Part shown: piece after piece, positions 50,599 to 61,268 of the stretch | Position numbering within the stretch: position 1 is the stretch's first letter | How the letters are laid out: every line of letters begins with the position of its first letter | Assembly (NCBI GenBank): GCA_026625165.1 | Contig: CP112999.1 | Span: 1,639,288-1,703,287 of the forward strand | DNA length: 64,000 nucleotides | Direction of reading: 5' to 3' | Origin: Methanoregula sp. | GTDB lineage: Archaea; Halobacteriota; Methanomicrobia; Methanomicrobiales; Methanospirillaceae | Position numbers and translations under genes: made by a program | Notes under the pieces: model-generated | Told to the model about the DNA's origin: nothing | Databases searched by the model: none | The model's input: the letters and a program-made list of their open reading frames with translations, nothing else

Positions 50599-51692
50599 TG
50601 GCATTTATTGAAACGTTAATCACCATTTTTTTAATCCTTGTCATCGTCGCTATCTTTGCCCGCGGCGTTGTTATCGTCCAGCCTTATGAGCAGGGGTTGC
50701 AGATCCGGCTCGGGAAATATGTCGGGCGGCTGAACCCCGGATTCCGGTGGATTGTGCCGTTCGTGAGTGAAGTGATCAAACTCGACCTGCGGACGCAGGT
50801 GATGGACGTTCCCAGCCAGGAAGTGATCACCAAGGATAACTCGCCGACGAACGTCGACGCGATTGTCTACGTCAGGGTGATCGACCCTGAAAAGGCGTTC
50901 TTTGAGGTCTCCAACTACCGGCTGGCAACGGTCGCACTTGCCCAGACAAGCCTGCGTGGTATTATCGGCGACATGGAACTTGATGAGGTCCTGTATAACC
51001 GTGATGTAATCAACACCAAGCTCCGCGACATCCTTGACCGCGAGACCGACCAGTGGGGAGTCAAGGTCGAGCGTGTCGAGATTAAAGAGGTGGACCCGGT
51101 CGAGGCTGTCAAGAACGCGATGACCGAACAGACTGCCGCGGAACGGGCGCGGCGGGCAGCCATCCTGCGGGCAGACGGCGAGAAACGCTCTGCAATCCTC
51201 AAGGCAGAGGGCCTGAGGCAGAGCATGATCCTTGAAGCTGAAGGGGAGCGGCAGAGCAAGGTGCTCCGTGCCGAAGGTGAAAGACTCTCCCGGATCCTGC
51301 AGGCACAGGGCGAAGCGCAGGGGCTGCGCATCCTCTCGGTCGGTGCTGCACCGCTTGACAAGCGGGCGATCACGGTGCTCTCACTTGACGCGCTCAAGCA
51401 GATGGCAAACGGTCAGGCAACCAAGATCATCTTCCCGTTCGAGATCTCACAGTTGATCCGGCAGGGTGCGAAGTTCCTTGGCGCAACCGAAGAAACTGCA
51501 GAAGAGGTAGTCGGCCGCCCGGTGATGGACGACAGCATTCTGGGGGACATTCCGAGGCAGGAGGCAGTCGACGCAATCTTAAAAGAGATACAGGATGCAG
51601 TGCCACATGTCTCTGAAGATGAACTCAAGGACACAAGCAAGCGCAGGTTGCCGGTTGAAAAATTAAAAGACGAAACACTGCCGCCTGCCTGA
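50598..51692 (+). CDS. SPFH/Band 7 (stomatin/prohibitin-like) protein
   Basis: 364 aa with an N-terminal transmembrane helix, an SPFH core (VIVQPYEQGLQIRLGKY...TKDNSPTNVDAIVYVRV) and AERARRAAIL repeats. Confidence 0.9.
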   Translation: MAFIETLITIFLILVIVAIFARGVVIVQPYEQGLQIRLGKYVGRLNPGFRWIVPFVSEVIKLDLRTQVMDVPSQEVITKDNSPTNVDAIVYVRVIDPEKAFFEVSNYRLATVALAQTSLRGIIGDMELDEVLYNRDVINTKLRDILDRETDQWGVKVERVEIKEVDPVEAVKNAMTEQTAAERARRAAILRADGEKRSAILKAEGLRQSMILEAEGERQSKVLRAEGERLSRILQAQGEAQGLRILSVGAAPLDKRAITVLSLDALKQMANGQATKIIFPFEISQLIRQGAKFLGATEETAEEVVGRPVMDDSILGDIPRQEAVDAILKEIQDAVPHVSEDELKDTSKRRLPVEKLKDETLPPA

Positions 51693-51800
51693 CCCCAATT
51701 TTTTTTAAATTTTTCCATGATGATTAAAAAAAATTTTATTGCATTATTTTTCCGTTTGAAAAAAGTGCCATTATCAGGAAATGGTTGTCCGGGTAACTCA

Positions 51801-53975
51801 TCATTTTGCTTTTTCAAATTCCACCGCTTTCCTGAACGCAGGCGCATATCCCCGATTCACATATTCCTTCACCATCCTCTTAGCTGAAAACCTCGGAGCA
51901 TTACTCTTGATCGATTCTTTCATCTTCCTGACCCACATGTGGGGGATACCGTCATCAGAGCGGGTATAATACATCGGCACTACCTCACGCCGGATCAGGT
52001 CATAGAACTGGTCGGCGTCATGCCTGTCTCGATTGGTTGTGGCTGACGGATTACCAAATGCCCAGCCGTTTTTGATATTGTACCCTTCGATCCACCAGCC
52101 ATCAAGGATGCTCATATGGATTCCCCCGTTGATTGATGCTTTCATCCCGCTCGTCCCGCAGGCTTCCATCGGAGGAAGGGGGTTGTTAAGCCAGACATCA
52201 ACACCATGTACGAGATACTGTGCCATCTGCTCCCCGTAATCCTCCACAAAAGCGATCCTGCCGCCAAACTCCGGCTGGTGGGTATACTGGTACACCCGCT
52301 GTATAATCCTTTTCCCCTCGTCATCTGCGGGATGCGCCTTACCCGCAAAAATGATCTGCACCGGTTTCCACCGGTCATTAACAATCTGTTTGAGTTGTTC
52401 CGGATCTGAGAAGATAAGGTCGGCGCGTTTATAGGTTGAGAATCGTCGGGCAAACCCGATTGTCAGGGCAGTAGGATCAAGCAGCGCACCGCCACCCACT
52501 ACATTAACCGGGTCCGCTCCCTCGCGCTCCCATTTCCGCCGCTTATGCTCACGGATCCGGTTGAGGAGTTTCTGTTTCAGCCTGAGGTGGACCTTCCATA
52601 ACTCTTCATCCGGGATTTCATCGATGAGATCCCAAATAATCGGGTTATCATGCTCATCCAGCCAGTTAGGACATGAGGGGGAGAAATACTGGTTGAAAAG
52701 CAATTCAATATTCGGGTTGAGCCAGGTCGGTATGTGAATGCCGTTTGTAATATATTCTATTGGTGTTTTTTCCGGGGGGATTTCCGGCCACAGGCTGCGC
52801 CACATCTCCCGGGCAACCTCCCCGTGTCGCTGGCTTACTGCATTGGTAAATGAACATGTTCTGAGCGCAAAAGCTGTCATATTGAAGAGGCCGGGGGGAT
52901 CCCGCGGGTGATATCCCAGGCGCAGGAACGTCTCCCGGTCAATCCCGAGGAGGGAGTAATAATTACTGAAGTATCGGTCCATCAGGGTGTGCGGGAAGGC
53001 ATCATGTCCCGCAGGAACAGGTGTGTGCGTTGTGAAAATTGACGTTTCCCGCACCTGCTGGAATGCCTCCCTGAATGGATAACCATCTGTAACCTTATCC
53101 CGGATCCGTTCCAGGAGCGCGAAAGCAGGATGTCCTTCATTCAAATGGATCACCGAATGCCGGATTCCAAGGATGTCCAGCACATAATTTCCTCCAATTC
53201 CAAGGACAATCTCCTGGCGCAGACGCTGTTCGAGGTCGCCGGTATAGAGCCGGAAGGAGATGCTCCTGCTGGCTGGATCATTCTGAGGGATATCAGTATC
53301 AAGAAGATAGAGAGGTATATTTCCGACATCGACTTTCCAGACGGCAATGTGGATCGGGGGGTCAATAAAAGGAACCTGAACTACCAGCTGGTCAGTGTGG
53401 TTGTACATCACCCGGGTAATCGGCGCGGCATCCCGGTTCAGGACCTCCTTGATGTTCTCCTGCCACCCGTCCGGCCCTATATGCTGGTGGAGGTACCCTT
53501 CAGAGTACATAAACCCGACAGCAACCAGAGGGATGCCAAGATCACTGCACTCCTTGAGGTGGTCTCCTGCAAGAAAGCCAAGGCCGCCTGCATAAAACGG
53601 CAGGGAGTGCTGAAGCCCGTACTCTGCTGAGAAATAGGCAATGGAGAGATCACTCTGGTTGACAAAATGTTCACGGAACCATGAGGTTGACTTGTTCAGC
53701 TCGCGCCGGTACCACCGGGACATGACAATATCGTAATGGTGGAGATAGTGAGGATTTTTTGCAGCTGCAGCAAGGGTTTCTTCGGGCATCTCTTTTAGCA
53801 TCTTTACCGGGTTATGGATACTCTCTGCCCATATGATGGGATTGAGCCGTTTGAAAACCATTTTTACATCGGGATTCCAGCTCCACCAGAGATTGTAAGC
53901 GAGGTCGACGAGGCCGGAGATCCGTTCGGGAACGTGGGGGAACTCAGTTGCCAGCCGGTTATATTGATCGGCCAT
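51801..53975 (-). CDS. glgP: Alpha-glucan (glycogen/maltodextrin) phosphorylase, GT35
   Basis: 724 aa with GGLGFLAGDHLK, the GKAHPADDEGK block and the PLP-lysine context EACGTSGMKA. Confidence 0.85.
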   Translation of the reverse strand: MADQYNRLATEFPHVPERISGLVDLAYNLWWSWNPDVKMVFKRLNPIIWAESIHNPVKMLKEMPEETLAAAAKNPHYLHHYDIVMSRWYRRELNKSTSWFREHFVNQSDLSIAYFSAEYGLQHSLPFYAGGLGFLAGDHLKECSDLGIPLVAVGFMYSEGYLHQHIGPDGWQENIKEVLNRDAAPITRVMYNHTDQLVVQVPFIDPPIHIAVWKVDVGNIPLYLLDTDIPQNDPASRSISFRLYTGDLEQRLRQEIVLGIGGNYVLDILGIRHSVIHLNEGHPAFALLERIRDKVTDGYPFREAFQQVRETSIFTTHTPVPAGHDAFPHTLMDRYFSNYYSLLGIDRETFLRLGYHPRDPPGLFNMTAFALRTCSFTNAVSQRHGEVAREMWRSLWPEIPPEKTPIEYITNGIHIPTWLNPNIELLFNQYFSPSCPNWLDEHDNPIIWDLIDEIPDEELWKVHLRLKQKLLNRIREHKRRKWEREGADPVNVVGGGALLDPTALTIGFARRFSTYKRADLIFSDPEQLKQIVNDRWKPVQIIFAGKAHPADDEGKRIIQRVYQYTHQPEFGGRIAFVEDYGEQMAQYLVHGVDVWLNNPLPPMEACGTSGMKASINGGIHMSILDGWWIEGYNIKNGWAFGNPSATTNRDRHDADQFYDLIRREVVPMYYTRSDDGIPHMWVRKMKESIKSNAPRFSAKRMVKEYVNRGYAPAFRKAVEFEKAK

Positions 53976-54113
53976 TTTGACTCGCCTCAGTAATTCTACT
54001 GTACATGCAGTCGGGTTTAATAATATTGGGGAAATCCGGGAGGGGACGGGAATGCGTTAGAAATCATACGGCAAAATTATAGTATATGTAATTCCCATCT
54101 GACGTGCAGAAGG

Positions 54114-55379
54114 GTGAACGCATTGAAGAGTGCAGGAATCTGGGAGGATCTGTACCATTCAGTATGGATACCGCAGATAAATCCGGTGTTAACCGGGTTC
54201 AATGCAAATATCGATCGGATTATTCCGGTGGATACCGGGACGATGAGATCCTTTAAGCGGAACACCGGGCCGGCATTCGATGCCGTTTTTGACCGGCTGA
54301 TACATTCCATGCGTTACTGCTCAGCTGATGAAGTGTTCATCAGCGAACCATCAGTGTATAATACCCTTGTAGATATTTTTTCCAAATCAGGTACTCTCAT
54401 GATCGGGGGGCAGGCAGGAATCGCAGCGGTTCACCTTCGAAAATTTGGGATTCATTCAGTGACCTGTGCTGTGCCCGGTGCCGGTCCGCTGACCTGCGAT
54501 ATGTTGCAGGGTGCTGGTGTTATTCCCCTGGCATTCGGATCGGCCGCGGAAAATCGGTCCGATACCATCCACCTGATTTTTGAATATCCTCCACACCTGG
54601 TGCCGGTAGCTGACGGGGTTGTGCCCCGGAGCAACCGGTTCATCGTGTCTCCTGTCCATCCTCCTTCAACAGTTCTGATTCCCGATGATGCACAGGATGC
54701 TTTTTTTAACCGGACTGCTTCCTGCCAGCGTGCATTCCTTTCCGGGTACCAGTACCTGAGAACAGAACAGGAGTTTATCAGTGCTGCCCGGCAGCTTCAG
54801 CAGATACGCAACACCAATCCCCTGATGCGGACACATCTCGAATGCGTTTCGTTTGCAGACAGGTTTGTGCTGACCATGATGCTGCGGCATACCATCCCAC
54901 ATGTCGACAGTATCGGGTTAAATGAGTATGAACTTAAATTGCTCATGAATACCCTGAGGGGAATGGATAACGAACCTGCAGGCTCCCTGCCATTATCCCC
55001 TGTTGCCTGTGTTCGTGAAACGATTGCCCTTGCGGATGCCACCGGGGTGCCCCGGGTCCATCTCCATACATTCGGGTATTATATCCTCATCATCAAACCC
55101 GGAATCCTGCAGCCCGAATTTTCCCGCAATGCCCTCCTCCTTGCTGCCCGGGTGACAGCAGATGCAGCTGGCGGGAATGAACAAATCCTGTCACAGGATG
55201 GGCTGTCAGCGTACTCTGCGGTCCGCACTGCACTTGGCACGGATCAAACGACAGGAATATTCGGGGTGGGCGATCGGCAGGTGGTTCTCGTTCCCACATT
55301 CATTTCACAAAATATAAATAAGACAACGGGGCTTGGTGACATTCTTTCATCCACCGCGTTTGTTGCAGATCAGTTCTGA
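54114..55379 (+). CDS. ADP-dependent sugar kinase (ADP-glucokinase/phosphofructokinase family)
   Basis: It has GFNANIDRI near the N-terminus, an NEYE motif (GLNEYELKLL) and a C-terminal TTGLGDILSS motif. The start is a GTG at 54114 or a TTG at 54123 (aagggtga 6 nt upstream). Confidence 0.8.
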   Translation: MNALKSAGIWEDLYHSVWIPQINPVLTGFNANIDRIIPVDTGTMRSFKRNTGPAFDAVFDRLIHSMRYCSADEVFISEPSVYNTLVDIFSKSGTLMIGGQAGIAAVHLRKFGIHSVTCAVPGAGPLTCDMLQGAGVIPLAFGSAAENRSDTIHLIFEYPPHLVPVADGVVPRSNRFIVSPVHPPSTVLIPDDAQDAFFNRTASCQRAFLSGYQYLRTEQEFISAARQLQQIRNTNPLMRTHLECVSFADRFVLTMMLRHTIPHVDSIGLNEYELKLLMNTLRGMDNEPAGSLPLSPVACVRETIALADATGVPRVHLHTFGYYILIIKPGILQPEFSRNALLLAARVTADAAGGNEQILSQDGLSAYSAVRTALGTDQTTGIFGVGDRQVVLVPTFISQNINKTTGLGDILSSTAFVADQF

Positions 55380-55713
55380 TCAGGAATTCGTCCAATCCTT
55401 TGAAATTTTTCAGATTTAAACCTTTTTTGTTCTTAAAATAAACCCGTAATCCTGATAAAAAAAATTACCCATTCCGTTCATCTTTATATATTGCCTCACA
55501 TAGGCGGACTATATCAAGGGGAAAACTTTAAGTATTTTCTCTGGTATTTTCAATATGGCTGAAAAACAGGGTACTATCCACCCGGAATTCTGGTGCTGAT
55601 TACCCCTCTGATTTTATTCATGATACCAGAGTCATAAAGGAGAGGAGGGTATCAAAGGGGGTTCTGCTGGATGGCTTCCCGGCCAGTATTGAAAAGGAGG
55701 ATTGAATGAAGAT

Positions 55714-57168
55714 ATGCCCGCATTATCGATTGGATTTGAGGTGCACCAGCCATACAGACTGAACAGGCACTTTGTTCCGGATCCAAAAATAAAGAAAAAA
55801 GATCTGTTGAATCTGTATTTTGACGAGGTCAACCGCGACATATTGCTCCGTGTTGCAGAAAAATGCTACATTCCCGCCACAACACAGGTCCTGGAAATGT
55901 TGGATGAGGGGTTCTCCTGTGCTTTTTCCTTTTCCGGCACCCTCATCGAACAGGTTGAAAAGTGGAGCCCGGATTCACTGGCCCTGTTCGAGCAGGTTGC
56001 CGCCCACCGGAATGCAGAGATCCTCGCCCAGACGTATTACCACAGCATCGCCAGCTGCTTTCACGACAAAACCGAATTTGCCGAGCAGGTACGGATGCAT
56101 GCCAGCCTGATGCATGACCTGTTCCAGGCAGACCCTGCGATCTTTGAAAACACGGAATTTACGTTCAATAACGAGATAGCAACCGTCATTAAGGATATGG
56201 GATTTACCGGGATTTTCACGGAGGGGGTGGATCGCGTCCTTGGCTGGAGGAGCCCCAATTACCTTTATACCTGCAGGGACATGCCGGTCCTTCTCAGGAA
56301 CACCCAGTTGTCAGATGATATTGCGTTCCGGTTCACCAACCGGTCCTGGGATATGTATCCCCTGACTGCCGATACATATGCAAAATGGGTGACGCAATCT
56401 CCCGGTGATGTCGTGAATGTCTTTTTGGATTACGAATCCTTCGGGGAACATTTGTGGTCGGACACCGGTATCTTCGATTTTCTCCGGCATCTTCCGGACG
56501 AACTTTCAGCGCAGGGCGTCCCTACGATCCTGCCGTCAAAAGCACTTTCGGATTATTCACCGGTTGGGACGATTGATGTAACCGAGACGATCTCATGGGC
56601 TGATATCGAAAAAGATACATCCGCATGGATGGGGAATGACCGGCAGCGGGCGGCATTCCATGCCCTTGAATCGGCCCGCGCCTATGCGAAGGATAAGCAG
56701 GTCTGGAGATACCTCCAGACGAGCGATCATTTCTACTATATGGCGTCCAAGTATGGTTCCTGCGGAGAAGTGCACTCGTATTTCTGCTATCTTGAAGGCG
56801 ATGATGCGTTCAAGACATACATGAAAATCCTTGCAGACTACGAGGAGCGCAATACCCGTGGCATGAAGAATCGTAAGGCTGCAAAGGCATTGCGGGCGCT
56901 GTCTGCGGAAAACGCGTTCCATTTCGCATCTCCTGCCGGTTATATCGGGTATACGGCATACAACCTGGACCAGTTCTGCGAGCTGTTACATGTCGTGCCC
57001 AAAGACACCATTCAGCACCATCTGGAGAGGGGGGACTTTGCATGCTGGATTAAGGATGTCATTGGTGACACAAACCTCGCTGACAATGTCAAAAACTGCA
57101 CGGAACGACAGAAAATTACCAGCCTTGTTTGTGAATGGAGGGAACGATTATGGAGTCACTTAAAATAG
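55714..57168 (+). CDS. Glycoside hydrolase family 57 (alpha-amylase-like)
   Basis: The N-terminus (LSIGFEVHQPYRLN), YESFGEH and the overall length fit GH57. The ATG at 55714 is preferred over the TTG at 55702. Confidence 0.8.
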   Translation: MPALSIGFEVHQPYRLNRHFVPDPKIKKKDLLNLYFDEVNRDILLRVAEKCYIPATTQVLEMLDEGFSCAFSFSGTLIEQVEKWSPDSLALFEQVAAHRNAEILAQTYYHSIASCFHDKTEFAEQVRMHASLMHDLFQADPAIFENTEFTFNNEIATVIKDMGFTGIFTEGVDRVLGWRSPNYLYTCRDMPVLLRNTQLSDDIAFRFTNRSWDMYPLTADTYAKWVTQSPGDVVNVFLDYESFGEHLWSDTGIFDFLRHLPDELSAQGVPTILPSKALSDYSPVGTIDVTETISWADIEKDTSAWMGNDRQRAAFHALESARAYAKDKQVWRYLQTSDHFYYMASKYGSCGEVHSYFCYLEGDDAFKTYMKILADYEERNTRGMKNRKAAKALRALSAENAFHFASPAGYIGYTAYNLDQFCELLHVVPKDTIQHHLERGDFACWIKDVIGDTNLADNVKNCTERQKITSLVCEWRERLWSHLK

Positions 57169-58289
57169 CGATTTTCTGCTGGGAATCCCTCTATGCAGAA
57201 CGTGTAGGCGGACTTGCAAATGCGGCGACCCATATCGCCGAGACTCTGGCAAAGAACCACGAGGTGCACTACTTCACCCGTGGCTGGATCCAGGACCAGA
57301 CAATCAAAGGAGTTCACTACCATTACTGCCAGCCACACGGAAACAACATTGTGGAGTATTGTGATAGTATGAGCAGGGGGATGGTCGAGAATTTCTATAA
57401 GTTTGACCAGCCCCGGAAATTTGATTTCCTCCATTTTAATGACTGGCACCCAGTGCAGGCGCTTCATATCCTTCAGGATCGGAACACCATTCTTACCTAT
57501 CACTCGACGGAATACGGCAGGAACGGCAACCAGTTCGGCGACTGGTGGGAGTTTAAAGAGATTTCGGGGAAGGAGTGGTACGGGGGACTGATTGCAAAGC
57601 GGGTGACGGCAGTTTCTGCCACCCTGAAAAACGAGATCATGCAACTCTATAACGTGCCTGACTGGAAGTGTGACGTGGTCCCCAATGGCGTGGTGCCCCG
57701 TCAGTTCCGCGCGGAGATCGATGCAGGCAAAGTTAAACAGGCATACGGCATCCACCCGTTTGCCCCCCTCATCCTGTTTATCGGCAGGCTGGTCTACCAG
57801 AAAGGTCCGGACCTGCTGATCGAGGCAGTGAGAAAGGTGTGCCAGCGCCACTGGGATGCGAAGGTGATTGTTGCCGGAACCGGGGATATGCGCCAGTATC
57901 TGGCGGAACGGGCAAAGGATCTCCCGGTTAATTTCATAGGCTATATTCCCGATTCGGAATACGTTCGTCTCTTAAACGCCTGCGATCTCGTGGTCATCCC
58001 CAGCCGGAATGAACCGTTCGGGCTCGTGCTGCTGGAGGCGTGGAGTGCAGAGAGAGGTGTTGTTGCGTCCAATGTCGGCGGGCTCTCTGAAAATATTGAT
58101 TCCTTCGTGGACGGGGTGAAGGTCGATCCCGAACCGGATTCGCTGGCATGGGGGATCAACAGCGTGATGGATGATCCGGATACTGCGATAGCTCTTGGAA
58201 AACGGGGCAGGAAAAAAGTTGATCGGATGTTCCTGTGGGGACCGATAGGGAGGAAAATTACAGACACGTATTCCCGTGTGATCGCATGA
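57150..58289 (+). CDS. Glycogen synthase-like glycosyltransferase (GT-B fold)
   Basis: The N-terminus (IFCWESLYAERVGGLANA) has a GGL motif, and the C-terminus has EPFGLVLLEA (E-x7-E). ggaggg lies 6 nt upstream of the ATG at 57150. Confidence 0.75.
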   Translation: MESLKIAIFCWESLYAERVGGLANAATHIAETLAKNHEVHYFTRGWIQDQTIKGVHYHYCQPHGNNIVEYCDSMSRGMVENFYKFDQPRKFDFLHFNDWHPVQALHILQDRNTILTYHSTEYGRNGNQFGDWWEFKEISGKEWYGGLIAKRVTAVSATLKNEIMQLYNVPDWKCDVVPNGVVPRQFRAEIDAGKVKQAYGIHPFAPLILFIGRLVYQKGPDLLIEAVRKVCQRHWDAKVIVAGTGDMRQYLAERAKDLPVNFIGYIPDSEYVRLLNACDLVVIPSRNEPFGLVLLEAWSAERGVVASNVGGLSENIDSFVDGVKVDPEPDSLAWGINSVMDDPDTAIALGKRGRKKVDRMFLWGPIGRKITDTYSRVIA

Positions 58290-59533
58290 AGATCGCCTAT
58301 TTCGTTGATGAATTTCCCCCTTTTTTCCGTGGCGGTCTGGGCACGTATGCTACTGAAATCACAAAGCAGTTTATTACTAAGGGACATTCTGTATCGGTCT
58401 TCTCATTAAATACGGGAGACGATCCCACTTTCGATACATGGGAGGGCATAGAGGTTTACCGTCCGAGGCTCATGAGGTTTGTCGATATACTCACAATTGT
58501 CAATCCGACAGAAATGAGGACATGGGACACCAACGGGCAGGAATTTTTTACAGATACTCTTCTGTACAATATCCTTTCCGCATCAAAGCTGGTCAATAAC
58601 CTTGTCGGCAAGGATCATGGTCATTTTGATATTCTGGTCTCGCATGACTGGCTTGCCGCGCTCGCAGGTATCATTGCAAAACGGAATCTCGGCATGCCAT
58701 TTGTCATTCACTTCCACTCTGCAGAGCAGGGAAGAAATCCCTCAGGATCCGCTACTGTCAATGATATTGAACGCCTCGCGGCCACAATTGCAGACCGCAT
58801 CGTAACGGTCAGCTATGCGATGCGGGACGAACTCGTGAAATACGGGTATCCTGAAAACAAAATACGGGTAATCCATAATGGTGTGGATGCAGGGAAATAT
58901 GATGCCACCCGGTTTTCAGCCCGGCAGGTGGAGGCATTCAGGGAACAGATCGGGATCGGATCATCCCCGATGATCTTTTTCATCGGCCGGCTCACATGGG
59001 TGAAAGGGATCGACTCGCTCGTTCTGGCGATGCCCTGGATCCTAAAAAAGATCCCGGATGCAAAACTCGTCATCGTAGGCATCGGGGAAATGGATAAGAT
59101 GATCAGCCAGATGGTCCGCGATCTCCATCTGGAGGAGAACGTACTGCTGCATTTCAGGATGGTGCCGGAGGAAGAGCGGATCCTGTTCTATGCAGCGTGT
59201 GATATCGCCGTCTTTCCCTCAAAGTACGAACCGTTCGGGATCGTCTGTACTGAAGCGATGTCGATGGGTAAACCGGTAGTGGTTGGTGCCCGTGGGACAT
59301 CCGGCTTCCGCGAGCAGGTGATCCCATCCGGTGACGGTATTTGCGGGTTCCATATCAATCCTCAGGATCCACAGGATATCGCAAAATATGTTGTAAAAAT
59401 CCTAAAGGATCCGGATCTTTCGGCAACTATGGGTAAGAACGGCCGGGAACGGGTGCTGGACCACTTCACATGGGAGATTGCCTCTGAAAAGACCATCGGG
59501 GTGTACCAGGATCTGGCAGACGGCAAAAAATAA
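58286..59533 (+). CDS. Glycosyltransferase, GT4/GT5-like (second glycogen synthase-like gene)
   Basis: The N-terminus is FFRGGLGTYATE and the C-terminus has EPFGIVCTEAM. The start overlaps the upstream stop as ATGA. Confidence 0.75.
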   Translation: MKIAYFVDEFPPFFRGGLGTYATEITKQFITKGHSVSVFSLNTGDDPTFDTWEGIEVYRPRLMRFVDILTIVNPTEMRTWDTNGQEFFTDTLLYNILSASKLVNNLVGKDHGHFDILVSHDWLAALAGIIAKRNLGMPFVIHFHSAEQGRNPSGSATVNDIERLAATIADRIVTVSYAMRDELVKYGYPENKIRVIHNGVDAGKYDATRFSARQVEAFREQIGIGSSPMIFFIGRLTWVKGIDSLVLAMPWILKKIPDAKLVIVGIGEMDKMISQMVRDLHLEENVLLHFRMVPEEERILFYAACDIAVFPSKYEPFGIVCTEAMSMGKPVVVGARGTSGFREQVIPSGDGICGFHINPQDPQDIAKYVVKILKDPDLSATMGKNGRERVLDHFTWEIASEKTIGVYQDLADGKK

Positions 59534-59546
59534 AGGGAAGGTGCTG

Positions 59547-61238
59547 ATGGCATTTAAGTACGGTCGGGAAATTCAAAAACCGGCTGCCGCCCGAAGGCTT
59601 GAATTTCTGATGGCGGCGGATCATGCCTACTGCTCATCATCTGTAGGTGGGAATACCAGAAAATATCACGGACTTTTTGTAGACCACGGACGCCTGCAGC
59701 TGGCCGGACTTGATGAGATCGTAAACGGGGTTCGTATCTCCGCACAGCAGTATCAGGATGGATCTGATGACGCAGGGCTTTTGAACCTCCATGCATTCTC
59801 GGCTTACCCGCCCCGCTGGACCTATATGGTGGGTGATGTCACTGTCCAGAAGACTGTCTCCTTTGACGGGAACCTTTCAATAACGTATGATATTATCGGT
59901 AATGCGGAGCTCCGTGTCCGTCCTCTCATTACCGACCGGTCGGTCAATGAGGTTGTCCGTATCCCTTGTCCCCCGAGTGTCAGTGAACCTAACGGTGTAC
60001 GCTGGGGTGAACTCTTCTTTGAAAGCGACCTCCCCTTTGATCCTGATCCCGTCACGTACTGGAATGTCTGGTACGAGCAGGAGCACGAGAGGGGTTACGA
60101 GCCTGTTGAAGATCTCTATTCGCCCGGTTTTTTCTCTGGTCCTTTGAGAAATGGCAAGGTCACGTTCCAATGCACACGTAATGGGCACGATCCGGTGGAA
60201 AAAAACCGTATTCTTTCCCCTCAATCCCCCCTTCAATGGATGGACCGGGCATCCGATGCGTTCTGTCACGGGGACGAGATCTTTGCCGGCTACCACTGGT
60301 TCTGCGAGTCATGGGGCAGGGATTCTGCGATCAGCATCACCGGACTGCTGATTGAACGAGACCAGAAGGCTGCTGCACAGGCGGTGCTCCGGCGGCTGGC
60401 ATCTGGGATGAAAGATGGTATAATCCCCAACCGGTTCCCGGATAATTATCATACAAGTGACGCTTCCCTCTGGTTCATCCATGCACTCGTGCGATACAGG
60501 CGACGCTGGGGGGATGACCGCTTTATCGGGCAGATGAGACCGGTAATTAGTGATATCCTTAACAACTACGTTTCATCACCGGTTGCTTCAATTGATGGAA
60601 GTCTTATCTCGGTTGTGCCAAAGAGCACCTGGATGGATACCGGGTTCACACCCCGTGAAGGGAAACCAGTCGAGATCAATGCATTATGGGTCAATGCGCT
60701 GACAGAATCCGAGGCAATGGGAATCGATATACCCGTAACTGTTGATTCTGCGCAGGAAGCGTTCAAAAGATTCTGGAACAAAGAAACACAATGCCTTTTT
60801 GATCGCATCGATCCGGTTGATCCTTCCATCCGCCCGAACCAGGTAGTCGCTCTCGCGCTCGGTCTTGTTGACCAGGACCATGCAGCAAAAGCCCTCGATG
60901 CCATCAATAAAAATCTCCTGACCCCATACGGGCTTCGGACCCTCTCGCCCCGGGACCCTCATTATGAGGGACGTTATTCCGGCGATCGCAGCTACCATAA
61001 CGGATGTGTCTGGCCATGGCTGACCGGTTGGTATGTCGATGCACTCATAAGAAACGGAGTCCGGGGTGATAAGATCCAGCCACTGCTCATTCCAATCCTC
61101 CACCATCTCAGGGAAGCCGGTATGGGTTACATATCTGAAATATTCGATGGCGATCCCCCATACATTCCGAGAGGGTGCATCGCCCAGGCATGGAGCGTTG
61201 CAGAGATCTCCAGAGCCTGCAGAATGGTTTTTTATTGA
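59547..61238 (+). CDS. Amylo-alpha-1,6-glucosidase / archaeal-type glycogen debranching enzyme (GDE_C)
   Basis: Motifs are AGYHWFCESWGRDSAISITGL, DASLWFIHAL, TWMD and YHNGCVWPWL. The ATG at 59547 has agggaaggtg upstream. Confidence 0.8.
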   Translation: MAFKYGREIQKPAAARRLEFLMAADHAYCSSSVGGNTRKYHGLFVDHGRLQLAGLDEIVNGVRISAQQYQDGSDDAGLLNLHAFSAYPPRWTYMVGDVTVQKTVSFDGNLSITYDIIGNAELRVRPLITDRSVNEVVRIPCPPSVSEPNGVRWGELFFESDLPFDPDPVTYWNVWYEQEHERGYEPVEDLYSPGFFSGPLRNGKVTFQCTRNGHDPVEKNRILSPQSPLQWMDRASDAFCHGDEIFAGYHWFCESWGRDSAISITGLLIERDQKAAAQAVLRRLASGMKDGIIPNRFPDNYHTSDASLWFIHALVRYRRRWGDDRFIGQMRPVISDILNNYVSSPVASIDGSLISVVPKSTWMDTGFTPREGKPVEINALWVNALTESEAMGIDIPVTVDSAQEAFKRFWNKETQCLFDRIDPVDPSIRPNQVVALALGLVDQDHAAKALDAINKNLLTPYGLRTLSPRDPHYEGRYSGDRSYHNGCVWPWLTGWYVDALIRNGVRGDKIQPLLIPILHHLREAGMGYISEIFDGDPPYIPRGCIAQAWSVAEISRACRMVFY

Positions 61239-61268
61239 AACGCCATACCATGCAGTACTGAACCCCCC

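Noticed and set aside
57156-57851. A 231-aa minus-strand ORF inside the first glycosyltransferase gene.
   Set aside because: The plus-strand frame has clear GT-B motifs and operon context. The antisense frame has none.
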